Shown here in pieces: positions 1-12,229 of a stretch of DNA of 50,020 nt. A model generated the notes under the pieces. That model did no database searches. It worked only from the letters and a program-made list of their open reading frames with translations, and had not been told where the DNA came from. The stretch comes from Sminthopsis crassicaudata (Eukaryota): NCBI RefSeq assembly GCF_048593235.1, contig NC_133619.1, positions 651,426,538 to 651,476,557 of the forward strand, given 5' to 3'. Made by a program: the position numbers and the translations under genes. Position 1 is the first letter of the stretch, and each line of letters opens with the position of its first letter.

Positions 1-721
1 GACCCCTCACCAGCCTGAGGTAAGACACCAGACACGGGGTGAGTGGGAGAGAGCAGGAGCACTGATTACGTAACTAGGCCCCGGTGACCGGACCTGCGGG
101 AGCGCGAGCCCCCTCGCCCCCGACTGCCCATCCTCCCAAGGGCTCAGCGCCAGGAGTGATGGAGACCCGGGGGTGGGGGCGGGGAGTGGCGGCCGCGGCC
201 TGTGGCGGGATCATTAAGGAACCCGGCGCTGGGCTCGGAGATGTCTCCCTGGCAGGACCGTGGGCAGGAAACAGGAAGCAAGGGGCTGAGCCCGGAGCAC
301 TCTCCGAGGCCGGGCCCAGCCCGTGGAAGTATCCGTGGGGCCCGGGTCCCAGACTGTGGCTCCCTGGGCGGGAAGCTGCGGGAGGCGGCGGTCACGTGGG
401 ACTCTGGGGGCCCCCCTCCCGACACCCGGTCTCCGGTCTGCCCCTGCCCCCTTCTGAGGGAAGGGGGGGCGGGGGAGGAAGTCCGAAGCCTCGGAGCGCG
501 CCGGCTCAGCCCACGTCCGATCTTGCGATTGTGTTTCCCGGCTGCTTTCCTGTTTATAAACGTCATCCAGCTGAAGTGAACTCCTGGCAGGAGTGGGGGG
601 AGGGGGCAGTGGCACTCGGGCCCTCCTTGAAGCGGCTCTCGGGGCGCGGGAGAAGTCGAGGCATCTCCTGCACACAGTAGGTGCTTTGTGAATGCGCGCG
701 GTTCGCTGATCCGTTACTCAG

Positions 722-1396
722 GACCACGAGAGCTGCCGCATCAGGTGCTTATCAAACGAGGAACGCTCCGGTTGCGGGTGAGGCCCGCAAGCAAACCCGC
801 AGCGACGCCCGCGGGAATCTCCGGGGGAAACTGCCGCCGGGGCGGCGGCGGGGCGTTTGCGCTGGGGGCGTCTCGTCGGTTCTCGTGCCCCCCTCAGCCT
901 CCGCCAGTCTCTCTCCCAGAAGAGAAGCAGAAGCAGGAAAGCCTCTCCTCACTCCAGGTGAGGAGAGACGGAAATGTTTCTTCACAAACACATCGAAAGC
1001 GGAGGACTCTTTTAATTGAAGCTTTTTATTTTTCAAACCGCGTGCGCGGACAATTCTCTCAGCCTTTGCCAAACCTTGTGTTCCAATCCCCCGGTATGTG
1101 TGAGACATGGTAGAAATGTGTCAACTCCAACATGTGCCTACATAGGTATACAATTCTTCCTTCTGCAGCAGAAAGAGCAAATCAAACCAGAAAAGAACAG
1201 AAAACGCAAACAGCAACCAAAAGAGTGAGAAAGCTATCTCGTGAGCCGCCCATTGTCCTCTCTCTGGCTCTAGATGGCGCTCCTCCGCACCAAACCACTG
1301 GAGAAAGTGAAGGACAAGAGGCGGAGGGCATTCCTAGCGTACATCGAGTGGATGAAGAATTTGCCCAAGAAAAGAAAGGAAAACCCAGGCTCCTGA
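722..1396 (+). CDS. Candidate 3' coding exons of an unidentified spliced gene (722-777, 920-957, 1274-1396)
   Basis: Splice sites: ttactcag|722..777|gtgagg; ctctctcccag|920..957|gtgagg; gtcctctctctggctctag|1274. Spliced frame is open to TGA at 1394-1396: TTRAAASGAYQTRNAPVAEEKQKQESLSSLQMALLRTKPLEKVKDKRRRAFLAYIEWMKNLPKKRKENPGS. AATAAA at 1663-1668 is followed by a GT-rich tract. No family recognised. Confidence 0.35.
1010..1300 (-). mobile_element. Probable 3' fragment of a marsupial LINE-1-like element
   Basis: Sequence such as tttttatttttcaaac...aaaccttgtgttccaa...aaaagagtgag...gtcctctctctgg..tagatggc resembles the antisense 3' UTR of marsupial L1-type repeats as I recall it; not verified by search. 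Confidence 0.4.
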
Positions 1397-1440
1397 CAAT
1401 CTGAGCTAGGGACACGGTCCCTTCCGGGCTGCGGTCAATG

Positions 1441-1597
1441 GTTTTTTTTTTTGTTTTGTTTTGTTTTTAGGCTGGGGTAAGTGACTCGCCCAGGGTCACA
1501 CAGCCAGGAAGTGTTCCGTGTCTGAGATCAAATTTGAACTCGGGTCCTCCTGACTTCAGGGCTGGGGCTCTCTCCACTGCGCCCCCTAGCGGCCCCC
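1441..1597 (-). mobile_element. CORE-SINE (Mar1/WSINE1-like)
   Basis: Reverse complement gives a tRNA-like head, B-box GAGTTCAAAT, the core GCTGTGTGACCCTGGGCGAGTCACTTACCCC and an A-rich tail (T tract 1441-1468). Confidence 0.85.
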
Positions 1598-3010
1598 GGC
1601 GGGCACTCTGTAATGGAGTTAAGTTTGCTCTGTTTGGAGTTTTAAAAGAAACCATTATTCAGAATAAAGCCAAACCTTGTGTTTTAGAGTCGCTTTAGAA
1701 CAATGTTCATTTTGACTGTGACAAGCTGTAGCGCTCGGGAGAGATGAGGACACCAGACTTCTATAAATGTGGTACACTTATGGGGTTACTTATCATTGTT
1801 ATGGCCATGTGAGTTCCGAACTCAATGACTGGGATAATCTCTCAATGGTCACTCAATAACCCAGACCGCCAACCGCAAGCCTCCGTGTGACACAGGACTG
1901 AGAAACCGGAGGAAGCAGATATAATTGGACTAGGAAGAAAATGTGCTATTGTGTGGCTTCATTCCCAAGGTTGAAGACACAGCTAACTGGTCTTGATCAC
2001 CCAAACCCCTCCAGACGTCCATTGTTTATGAGTGTTTGGACGTCGTGAATCCCTACGAAAGGGACAAAACTGCAGGAAACCACGTCCCAGTGTATCTTTC
2101 CAGCTCTGGATCAAGACCCCAAGGAATAGGCAGGCTAGGACTGATCACACTCAGGAGAAGCAGCCCACCAGTACCAACACCTGAGTGATCGATGGAACAG
2201 GAGCCCAGAACTGGCCTCTTGGGGATCAGAAAAAATGGGACAAAAGAGCCAGACTTGCTCCTCGTAAATGAAGGAGTAACGGGTATCTTTTGGGTGGATG
2301 CAGGAGGGATGTATGTATGGCAAATAGAAATGTATTTTCTTCTATGTCTATCCAAAAGATCGTTTTTCTATACTAAAGAGTCACAGAGAGGGCCAGAAAT
2401 ATAGGTCTGGGGTCTTGATCCTGGTAAATCACCACTAATTGATGTAGGACATCAGACATCAGGGTAGCATCAGGGAAAGGAGGAACTGCATTTTCACGGA
2501 AAACATTTGTTATCCCGCTTACTGAGACCATTGTCACCTGGCTCGGAGGAGTCAAAGCCCACGTAACCAGCGTCAGTAATGAGTAAGTCGCTGTCTATAA
2601 CAGAAGGAGTCAGCAACCAAGGGCTCTGGAAGCCGAAGCAAAGGAACCAATGAAAAAGATGGCGCTCTGGGAAAGGCCCCCGGGGTTGAGAACTGAAAGG
2701 CTGCAGTCAGAGGATGGGCGTGGCCCCCACCCCTTGACCCTCCCTGGGCCAGGGGGCTCCATCCCAGCCTCCTCACCCAGAGGGGAACTGGAGGGAACTG
2801 GGATTAGCCAGGCTTGGCCTGCCTCCCCCCCCACCCCAGCTGTGGGAGGGAACAGTCCCCACACACATCCACGGGACCTCTGACAGCAAGCTCCCTCTGA
2901 CCCTCTGACCCCTCCATGGGCAAGGGCCTTGGTCTTGGGACTCCCAGGGTTCTAAGTCTCTAAGTAAGCTGTAATAGAGACCACTCAGTGTTGGTTATAT
3001 GAAAACCCAG

Positions 3011-5100
3011 AACACAGACACCCACTCACACAGACACACACTATCACACCTACTCACACACAGACACCTACTCACACACACACTATCACACATACACACA
3101 GACACACACTATCACACCTACTCACACACAGACACACACTATCACACATACACACAGACACACACTATCACACCTATTCACACACAGACACACACTATCA
3201 CACATACACACAGACACACACTATCACACATACACACAGACACACACAGACACCCACTCACACAGACACACACTATCACACATACACACAGACAGACACC
3301 TACTCACACACACACTATCACACATACACACAGACACACACTATCACACCTACTCACACACAGACACACACTATCACACATACACACAGACACACACTAT
3401 CACACCTATTCACACACAGACACACACTATCACACATACACACAGACACACACTATCACACATACACACAGACACACACAGACACCCACTCACACAGACA
3501 CACACTATCACACATACACACAGACAGACACCTACTCACACACACACAATCACACCTACTCACACACAGACACACACTATCACACATACACACAGACACA
3601 CACTATCACACCTATTCACACACAGACACACACTATCACACATACACACAGACACACACTATCACACATACACACAGACACACAGAATCACACCTATTCA
3701 CAGACACCTACTCACACACAGACACACACTATCACACATACACACACTATCACACATACACACAGACACACACTATCACACCTACTCACACACAGACACA
3801 CACTATCACACATACACACAGACACACACTATCACACCTACTCACACACAGACACCTACTCACACACAGACACACACTACACTATCACACCTACTCACAC
3901 ACAGACACCTACTCATACACAGACACACACTATCACACAGACACACACTATCACAGACACACACTATCACACCTACTCACACACAGACACACACTATCAC
4001 ACATACACACAGACACACACTATCACACCTACTCACACACAGACACCTACTCACACAGACACACACTATCACACATACACACAGACACACACTATCACAC
4101 CTACTCACACACAGACACCTACTCACACACAGACACACACTATCACACAGACACACACTATCACACAGACACACACTATCACACCTACTCACACACAGAC
4201 ACACACTATCACACATACACACACTATCACACATACACACACTATCACACCTACTCACACACAGACACCTACTCACACACAGACACACACTATCACACCT
4301 ACTCACACACAGACACACACATACACACATACACACAGACACACACTATCACACCTACTCACACACAGACACCTACTCACACAGACACACACTATCACAC
4401 AGACACACACTATCACACAGACACACACTATCACACCTACTCACACACAGACACACACTATCACACATACACACACTATCACACATACACACATACACAC
4501 ACTATCACACCTACTCACACACAGACACCTACTCACACACAGACACACACTATCACACCTACTCACACACAGACACACACTATCACACATACACACAGAC
4601 ACACACTATCACACCTACTCACACACAGACACCTACTCACACACAGACACACACTATCACACATACACACAGACACACACTATCACACCTACTCACACAC
4701 AGACACCTACTCACACAGACACACACTATCACACAGACACACACTATCACACATACACATAGACACACACACCCACTCACACACAGACACACACTATCAC
4801 ACATACACACAGAATCACACCTACTCACAGACACCTACTCACACACAGACACACACTATCACACATACACACACTATCACACATACACACACTATCACAC
4901 ATACTCACAAACACACACACACCCACTCACACACAGACACACATTATCACACATACACACAGACACACACTATCACACCCACTCACACACAGACACACAC
5001 TATCACACATACACACAGACACACACTATCACACATACTCACACACAGACACACACACACACTCACAGACTCACACAATGACACACACACACATTCACAC
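3011..5100. repeat. ~2.1 kb CA-rich modular minisatellite
   Basis: Shuffled modules cacactatca / cacctactca / cacatacaca / cagaca throughout; source of the spurious 587-aa His/Thr ORF. Confidence 0.95.
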
Positions 5101-6764
5101 AAATTTCTAGAAAGGTACAAGCAGAGACAATCCCACCCACTGGGTTGTCTTCTTTCCATTCCATCCACCCGTTCAGTTCCCAGTGTTGAGCAGAGTGTTC
5201 TGGGCAATGGACACAGAGAAAACCTGGATGCCTTCTTTGCTCTCCAGGAGTGTGTCCCAGGTACCTTTGAAGATGGAGCTGGACCCCCCTAACTCTTCAG
5301 AGGGGCTGGCTGCCCCGGTAGCTAGGTTGTTGACAGGCTTCTTGTTCACGTACGGCTTGGACATCATGATCTCTGGTCCCTTCCTGTCCTGGGGGATCCA
5401 GAATGCCTGTCTGCAGGCTCCCTGAGGACAGAGACCCTAAACTTTGGGGCTTCCTCAGCCCCTCACCCCAAAACTGTGCCCATATCAGGTCCTTATTAAT
5501 GCTGCTTGAGTTCCATTGAACTGACTCCCAAAGCACTAAGGTCCTTGGAGGTAAGCGTTAGCTTTGCCTTGCTTGAAGTTTTTCTCCCCTAGCTCCTAGC
5601 CTTGTGTTCTGCACACAGCAGGTGCTTAATAAATGCTGAGTGACTTGAATTGAATCCTCCTCCTAAGCTTTGCATATTAGTAGAGAGACTTTTTAATTCC
5701 AGGAGTTCTCCACACCGATGAAATCACAGGCTCAGAATAAATGAAAAGACAAAACAAAACAAAGGCCTAAATTCTTGGGGGAGGGGGTGAAGCAGTGAAT
5801 GGCTGGGCCGGCCCACTTGACCACCTAGATGGCTCAGGCTGATGCTCGGGCCCTCCTGGTATAGAGAGCCCATGGTAGATGCCTGGGGGGGGGGGAAGTT
5901 CACTGATGACTGAGGTCCTTCCTGCTGCAGACACAGGACAGCCATGGAGTCATGGCCACGGGTGCCTTCCTACAGGCCAGCAGCAGGAACCTGGACAAGG
6001 GTTCCCTACCCACTAGACCGCCAGCTTCCTGCCCCTAGTGGAAACCCCTCCCCCTGCCCCTGGGTGACCTCAGCCTGGGCTTCTGATTAGAGGCAAGACG
6101 GGCAGGGGCAGTCACGACTTCAGAAGCTTTCCAGAGACCAGGAGGCTAAGAACCCGGCTCATAGATAAAAGCCTCCCCCTCCCCAGTGAAAACTAAAGTT
6201 CCTGAAAAGTGGGCGTCCAGTGACCTTCAGTTGTCATTTTCCTGAAGCCCGGAGAGGGTAGATGTCTTACCTAAAGGCACACAGTGGGTCTTACACCCTT
6301 GTCCCGCCCCCTCGTTTTAAAGGGATTCCAACTGTGCCATTTTCAAGATGGGGAAACTGAGGGCGGGAGAGATGAAGGCATTTCCTTCCCTGGGGCAGTC
6401 CACTGCCGAGGGGGGGGGGGGGCAGAGAAGTGGCCTTGGCCACTTGGAACGGCCGGGACTGTGTGGGCTCTGGGGGAGCCAGTCACTGTGCGCGTCTAGC
6501 CCCAGGCTCTCAGGGCTCCTCCCCTCCCCTGGGGTCCCTCTGAAAGGTGGGCCTCCTCTGTAGTTCTGCATGTCAGTGGCCCTGCCTCGGTGTCCCTCGC
6601 TCCCTCAGTCCCTGTCCCTGTCTCTGCTTCTCCGGCCTGGTTCTGTCCCAGCGCGTGACGGTGTGTGTCGGTGAGCTCCCGTGGTGACCCTGGGCCGTTT
6701 GTCCCCCTCCCCCGTCCCCGTCTCGGGGTGTCTGTGCCCAGCAGGGCCCCTCCGGCGGCTCCCG

Positions 6765-9700
6765 TCACCAGTCCTCCGCGCCCAAGTCCCAGAGTCTGCT
6801 GGTCCCGGGCTCTGCGAAGTCGGTGCAGAAGATGCTGGGGGCCGGGCCGGAGCAGTCCAGAGCCGGGCTTCCGGTCAGAGCCTCCAGCCAATCGGCGGCG
6901 TGCAGGGGCCGCTCGGGGCCGGGCGACGGGGAGCTGGCCGGGGACGGAGGCCACGAGGAGAACACGGAGGACAGGCCCTCGGAGTCCGGCGGTGGGGACG
7001 GGGACAGGAGGTCGAAGGAGCCCGGGAAGTCCAGCGGGGGCGGGGGCAGAGCTTCTGGAAGAGCGGAGGGCCGGAGAAGGGCGGAGGGGGCGTCAGATGC
7101 TCGCCCCGCCCCGGGCCTGCCCCAGGTGTCCTGCGTCCTCCTTCCCTGCGCCCCCACGCCCGGCCACCTCCCTTCCGACCGTCAGCTGCGGCTCCGCCAG
7201 TGTCTCCCCTGACCCTCCCCCCTCCGCTGTCCCGGCTGCATTCCCCCACCTGCCGGAGGCTCCAGAGGCTCGTCCAGAATGTCCTGGATGGAGTGATGGG
7301 GGATGAGCTGGGGAGGGGAGGCAAGGTGAGGGGGAGGTAAGTGACCCCTCCCGCGTCCGGCCCCCTCCCCCGCGCGTCCGGCCCTCCCCCTCCGCTCGGC
7401 CCCGGCCTCCCGTCCGGAATCCCCGAACCTTCCCTCCCCTAGCGCTCCCTTCCCGCACCTGCGCCCTGCGGATGGCCTCCTGGAGCTCCTCTTCCAAGGA
7501 CGGGGCTCCGGACGGGGCGGGAGGAGCAGGCGGGGCCTCGGGGGCGGCGGGGCGGGGCCAGGACTGAGGGGAGGGGCGAAGGGCTCGGACCCCGCCTCCG
7601 GCACTGCAGCCCCTCCTTCGCCCGCCCCTCCCCCGAATTTTCTCCCTCCTCCCCCGCCCTTCGGCCGAGTCGGGCCCCCTCCCACCTCTCCTGGGGCCGC
7701 CCCTTTGCCAGGCCCGCCCCTGCCCTCTGGGGCTTCTCCGTCCGAGTCCCCCGCCTGCCCCTCCCCCGCACTCACGGACTTTCCAGCTGTTCTCGGAGGG
7801 GCCTGGGGCTCAGTCCGAGGGCGCGGACGAGACCTGGGCTTCGAGCTGGAACTCGGGCTGGGCCGGGAGCGGACCCCGGGGCTCCGCGCCGGCCGCTGCA
7901 GCGGGAGCGGCCTGTCCCGCGCCCCCGCCCCCCGGAGCCGTTCCAGCAGGGCCGGTTTGGGCCCGGACACCGGGAGGCCCCGCAGGCGGAGCTGCTGGCG
8001 GAGCTCCGAGACCTGCGGACAGAGGCTGGGGATTGGGCGGCTGGACAGAAGGATACCGGGTCCTCGAGGGGGCGGGAGAGCCTGGTCTTCGAGGGGGGGG
8101 CTGGACGAAGGGATGCCGGGGTCTCCAAGGGGATGGAGGAGCCTGCGATCTAGAGGGGGAAGCTGGACTAGAAAATTCCACAATTGTCGATGGAGCTGCG
8201 TTGGAAGGGGGGCGTCTGGGGCCTGGAAGGGATTCCGAGGTCCCCATGGGGCAGGGTTGAGAGGCAACATCTGTGACTCCAAATGGAGCAAAAGCACCTG
8301 GTGCTTCCAGTAGAAGGCGCTGTGAGAGGGGACACCTGCTCTCTCAAGGGGCCTCAGTCTGCGGAGTCATGAAAAGGGGTCTCCTGTTTCCCCAACTCAC
8401 CGTGAGCTCCTCCAGGCGGAGGGTCTGAAGCTCTAACTTGGGCTTAGGGGCCACTGGTCGGGAGATTTCCGGGGGGGCTGGGCTGTCCTGGAGGCTGGGT
8501 CCCGACCCCCAAGGCCTGCGGTACATAACGGGAGATTCCCGAGTCGGCTCCATCCCCTTGGGAATCCCCCAGTTAAGGGAAGAGAGAGGCCTGGAGCCCC
8601 TTAAGGGTCTGTGCTGGGTGAGGTGCAGAGAAGGCTGACGCCCTTGGAACTAGGACACAGAAGGACTAGGGGCCCAAGACAAGGGGTGGGGCCCGCAGAA
8701 TTGTCTCCCTGGATCCCGGAGCTGCTGGACCGGCACGAGGAACCTCACCTGGGCAAAGACAGGTCCTGCTTGTGGCCTGGGAGTTGCCCGTCCTCCCTGG
8801 GGGGGCTTCCCTGGGCCGGCGCCGCGGCCCCTGGCCCTCCCCGATGCTCTGGGGGCACATACGCGTGGTACTTGAGGGGTTTCAGTCTGGGCCTGGGCTC
8901 CCTCGGGTGACTGTCTCCTCTGGCCTGCCAAAGGATTTCCAGCTGGAGTTAGCAATCCTTCCCCCCGCCGGAACTACACTTCCCAGGAAGCCTCGGGCTA
9001 CGACCCTGCCCAACTTTCCCCAAATCTGCTGGGGGGGGGGGGGCGAGAGCGTTCTTTGGCTGGCAGAGGGGAAGGCTGGGAGCCGCGGGGCACCCCCTGA
9101 CCCAGGCGCCCCAAATGAACTGGAGCGCCAACATTCCGGAGCAGAGAGTTCCGTGAGGACTGCCCAACCCCGAGTGACGGAGGGCCTGGACAAAATGACT
9201 TCTCAGCGCCTGGCTCACCTTCTTCAGTGTCGCCCCAGAAAAGGGGAGGGTGGGCGGACTGCCTTTGGGGACCCCAGAGTCACAGGACAATGGGGAGGAG
9301 CCGGTGATGGAAGCTTGGTGGGGGGCTGGGGCCGAGATCCAGGGATCCACTGGAGGAAGAAAGGATGACGGGAGCCCTAAAGGAGTAGCCCCCATCCCTG
9401 TCCCCTGCCCATTGAAACAGTCACCTGGTGGTCCTCTCTAACCTCCGCAATGGATATTTCTAAAGCAGTGGGCTGATCCCGTTCCTGCCCTATTCTAGGA
9501 CTTCCAGGGCTCCCTATTATCTTTGGGATCAACTGCAAACATCCCCTTCGTTTTTAAAGCCCCTTACAATGTGGCTCCAGCCTCTCTTCTCAAGTTCCTT
9601 TCACATTAATTCTCCCCATGCTCTAATTTCCAGCTAAATCAACCGCCTTTATTTCAATCTGTGCAGAGCTGATTGTCTGGCCTGAATCGAAAGGGGGGAG

Positions 9701-10483
9701 GGGGGCAGGGGCTAAAAAAAGGGCACATCTGACTATTGAAGGGGACCGAGGGCAAAACCTGGAGCTTCAGTGCCTGAATCTGAGAGGGAGAGGGAGGGGG
9801 AAAGCAGCTACCTGAATCCCTAGGTGGAAGAAAAGGCTGGGTGAAAGAAAGCTGTGTTCCCCAAGGGGCAGGAGCTGGGGCCAGGTGCTGGGGTCCTCTG
9901 GATCCATTAGTGGGGAGAAGGACTGAGTGACTAGAGGCCTGGGCTCCAGCCGAGGACTGGTCGGGCTTCTGCCCACTCTCCCGCTGGTCCTGGGATCGCC
10001 GATGGATCCGGAGCTGAAGGACTGAGGGAAAGCCAGGAGCTGGGTCGGAGCGAGCAGGCCCCGCCCCCACGCCCAAGCCCCCGCCCGGCTTCTGTGGGCC
10101 CGAAGGTCAGCTGGGAACCAAGCCTGGGGGGGAGGGGGGAGTCTCGTTCCCACAGCGCCCACTGGAGCGCCTAGGCCCCGGACCCTCTGCGCGCTTGACC
10201 TCCTGGCACCTGTATTGCCCTCCTCCCACACCCCTCCCCTCCCCATCCCTTGCACACTGATCTTGCACACTTCACCCGCCCTTGCCCTCAGCTCGTGCAC
10301 CCGCTCTCCTCTCCTTGCCATGCACCCCTGTCCCTTTCCTCAGTCCCCTCGCGCACGCAAGCCGGCCACGATCTCCCGGCACCCCCGCTTGTGCACAAGC
10401 AGCCCTCCCGGCCAGATTCCCTCACCGGAGCGGAACTTGGAGCGGATGAGCTGCGAACACTGAGCCGAGGCAACGAGGGTCAT
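6765..10483 (-). CDS. MAMSTR: MEF2-activating motif and SAP domain containing transcriptional regulator (9 coding exons, 404 aa)
   Basis: Exons: 10426-10483, 9977-10021, 9219-9349, 8749-8924, 8401-8515, 7776-8012, 7459-7563, 7250-7307, 6765-7054 (1215 nt, all GT-AG, phases consistent). Start [28 protein letters not shown]; SAP domain [22 protein letters not shown]; [13 protein letters not shown]; C-terminus DWLEAL...[11 protein letters not shown]. Syntenic position fits. Confidence 0.93.
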
Positions 10484-12042
10484 GGCCAGGAAGGGGGCGG
10501 AGAGGAGCTGGTCTGAAAGGCGGGGGTGGGGGCCTCCCGGAGCGAGCAGAGGGGGAGATTAGAGGGTCAGGGCAGGCGGGCACTGTTCCCGGGGAAGGAA
10601 CTCCGGCTCGTCCCCCCGGGCTCCAGGACGTCCAGGTCCCCGAGGGAAAGAGGCTGGGCCAAGGATAGTCCCTGACACAAAGTCCGGGGGAAGGAGCAGC
10701 AGAAAAGTTGCTAGCTGGGAGCTGGGAACGCCTTGGGAAGGAGGGAGCGGAGAGTGGATGGCCCTTGAAGGGATGGGGGTGCCAGGCTCCAGGATAGGGG
10801 CTGCGGGTCGGGACTCCTGGGTCCCTTGAGGGCACAGGAACAGGGGAGTTAGGGATGGGGAAAAGAATAGGACGCCCTCTCCCTCCAGGAAGTTGGGGGG
10901 CATCTCACCGGCTGGAATCTGGGCCGCTGGAGTGCAATGTATCTAGCCGGTGCCACCGCAAGGCTTGAGACCCCAGGCCCCGCCCTCTCAGGCCAGACCT
11001 GCCTGTACTCCGCCCCTTCGAGACCGCCCGGGGTCCTCCAGCACCGATTAAATGGTCCCTGGCCCGCGGGGTCTTCCGCGGGATTGGGACGTGGGGGGCA
11101 GGGTGGGGAGAGTGGGGGCAGGGTGGGAGGGGAGGGAGGTGATGGAGGATGAAAGGCCCGGACGCCTGGGTCCTGCCGCTCCCTTTCTCCGTGCTCTGAC
11201 CCCGGCACGGGGTTGGGGGGTGGGGAAGGCATTGGGGTGGCCCGGGAGGGGGAGGGGAGAGGGCCGGGGCCGCCAGGGATGGACAGTCGCAGGTGCGGGG
11301 GCGCGGCCCCCAGCGGGAGCCACCTGTTGCTAGCTTTTTCCCTGACGCTGCGCAGGGTGTCAGGTTCGGGGGAGAGAAAGAGTTCAAGCGGGGGCCTGGG
11401 ACGCCTGGGTCCCCAAGGGACAGGGGCCGAGAAAGTGGACTCGGGTTCCCGAGATTGAGGGAAAGGCCCAAGGGAGCCCTGTGGTGCCTCCAGTAGTCAT
11501 GGGATGGAACACTCGGATTCTAGGACTGGGTGGTCTCCGAATGGGCGGGGCTCGAGCAGGAAGGCTCCCCAGAGGGGCGGGACCCCGGGACCCGGAGGGT
11601 CTGAGCTTGAGGACAGGAATTCCTGTGTTCTGAGGCGCTGAGGAAAGCCTGGGATACCCGAGGCGGCAGGAGGGATTCCTTGGGTCCCCAGGGCCCGAGG
11701 CCCGGGGCAGGGGCTCGCGAATCTTCAAGGCAAGGGGAGGGAGCTGCTGAGCCCCGGACTGGGGATGGGCTGGGAGCGCGGAAATTTCGGAGGGCATCTC
11801 TAAAGGGACTGAGCTGGAAGGAGCACTCCAGATTCTCCAAGGAGGGGTGGGGCTTGGGCATGGGAATCCTTGGATCGCCGAGTGGGCAAGGCTGCAAAAG
11901 ACGCGCGTGGGGGGGGCACATTTGCCTCCTCGAGGTTGAAGGACTCCTAGATCCTAGGGAGATGAGATTGGGGGCGCCTGAGAGCCCTCGAGACACTTCC
12001 CTCACTCAGGAGAACACGCTTGGACTCCAAACTCCGAATTCC

Positions 12043-12048
12043 TTTATT
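12043..12048 (-). terminator. Poly(A) signal of RASIP1
   Basis: AATAAA on the minus strand ~180 nt downstream of the RASIP1 stop. Confidence 0.7.
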
Positions 12049-12229
12049 TCTCTCCCCCCCCCCAAATTTACGGCACCCCTGAGAAGGCCCGAGAACTTCA
12101 ACTCCCGGCAGGCCCGGGAACTCCCCCACGTGTTCTTTCCAGGCTTAGAACCGGGAACTAAGGAGGCTGGGGAAGGGGCAGGGTGAAAGGAACTATAATT
12201 CCCGGCAAGCCCCGAGCGCAGACGCCCAA

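Noticed and set aside
2999-4762. 587-aa His/Thr-rich ORF
   Set aside because: Translation of the CA minisatellite; stops are compositionally rare.
5177-5260. Possible 84-nt + strand exon (PSVEQSVLGNGHRENLDAFFALQECVP)
   Set aside because: Weak donor (gtacct), no partner exons found, and it overlaps the better-supported minus-strand candidate.
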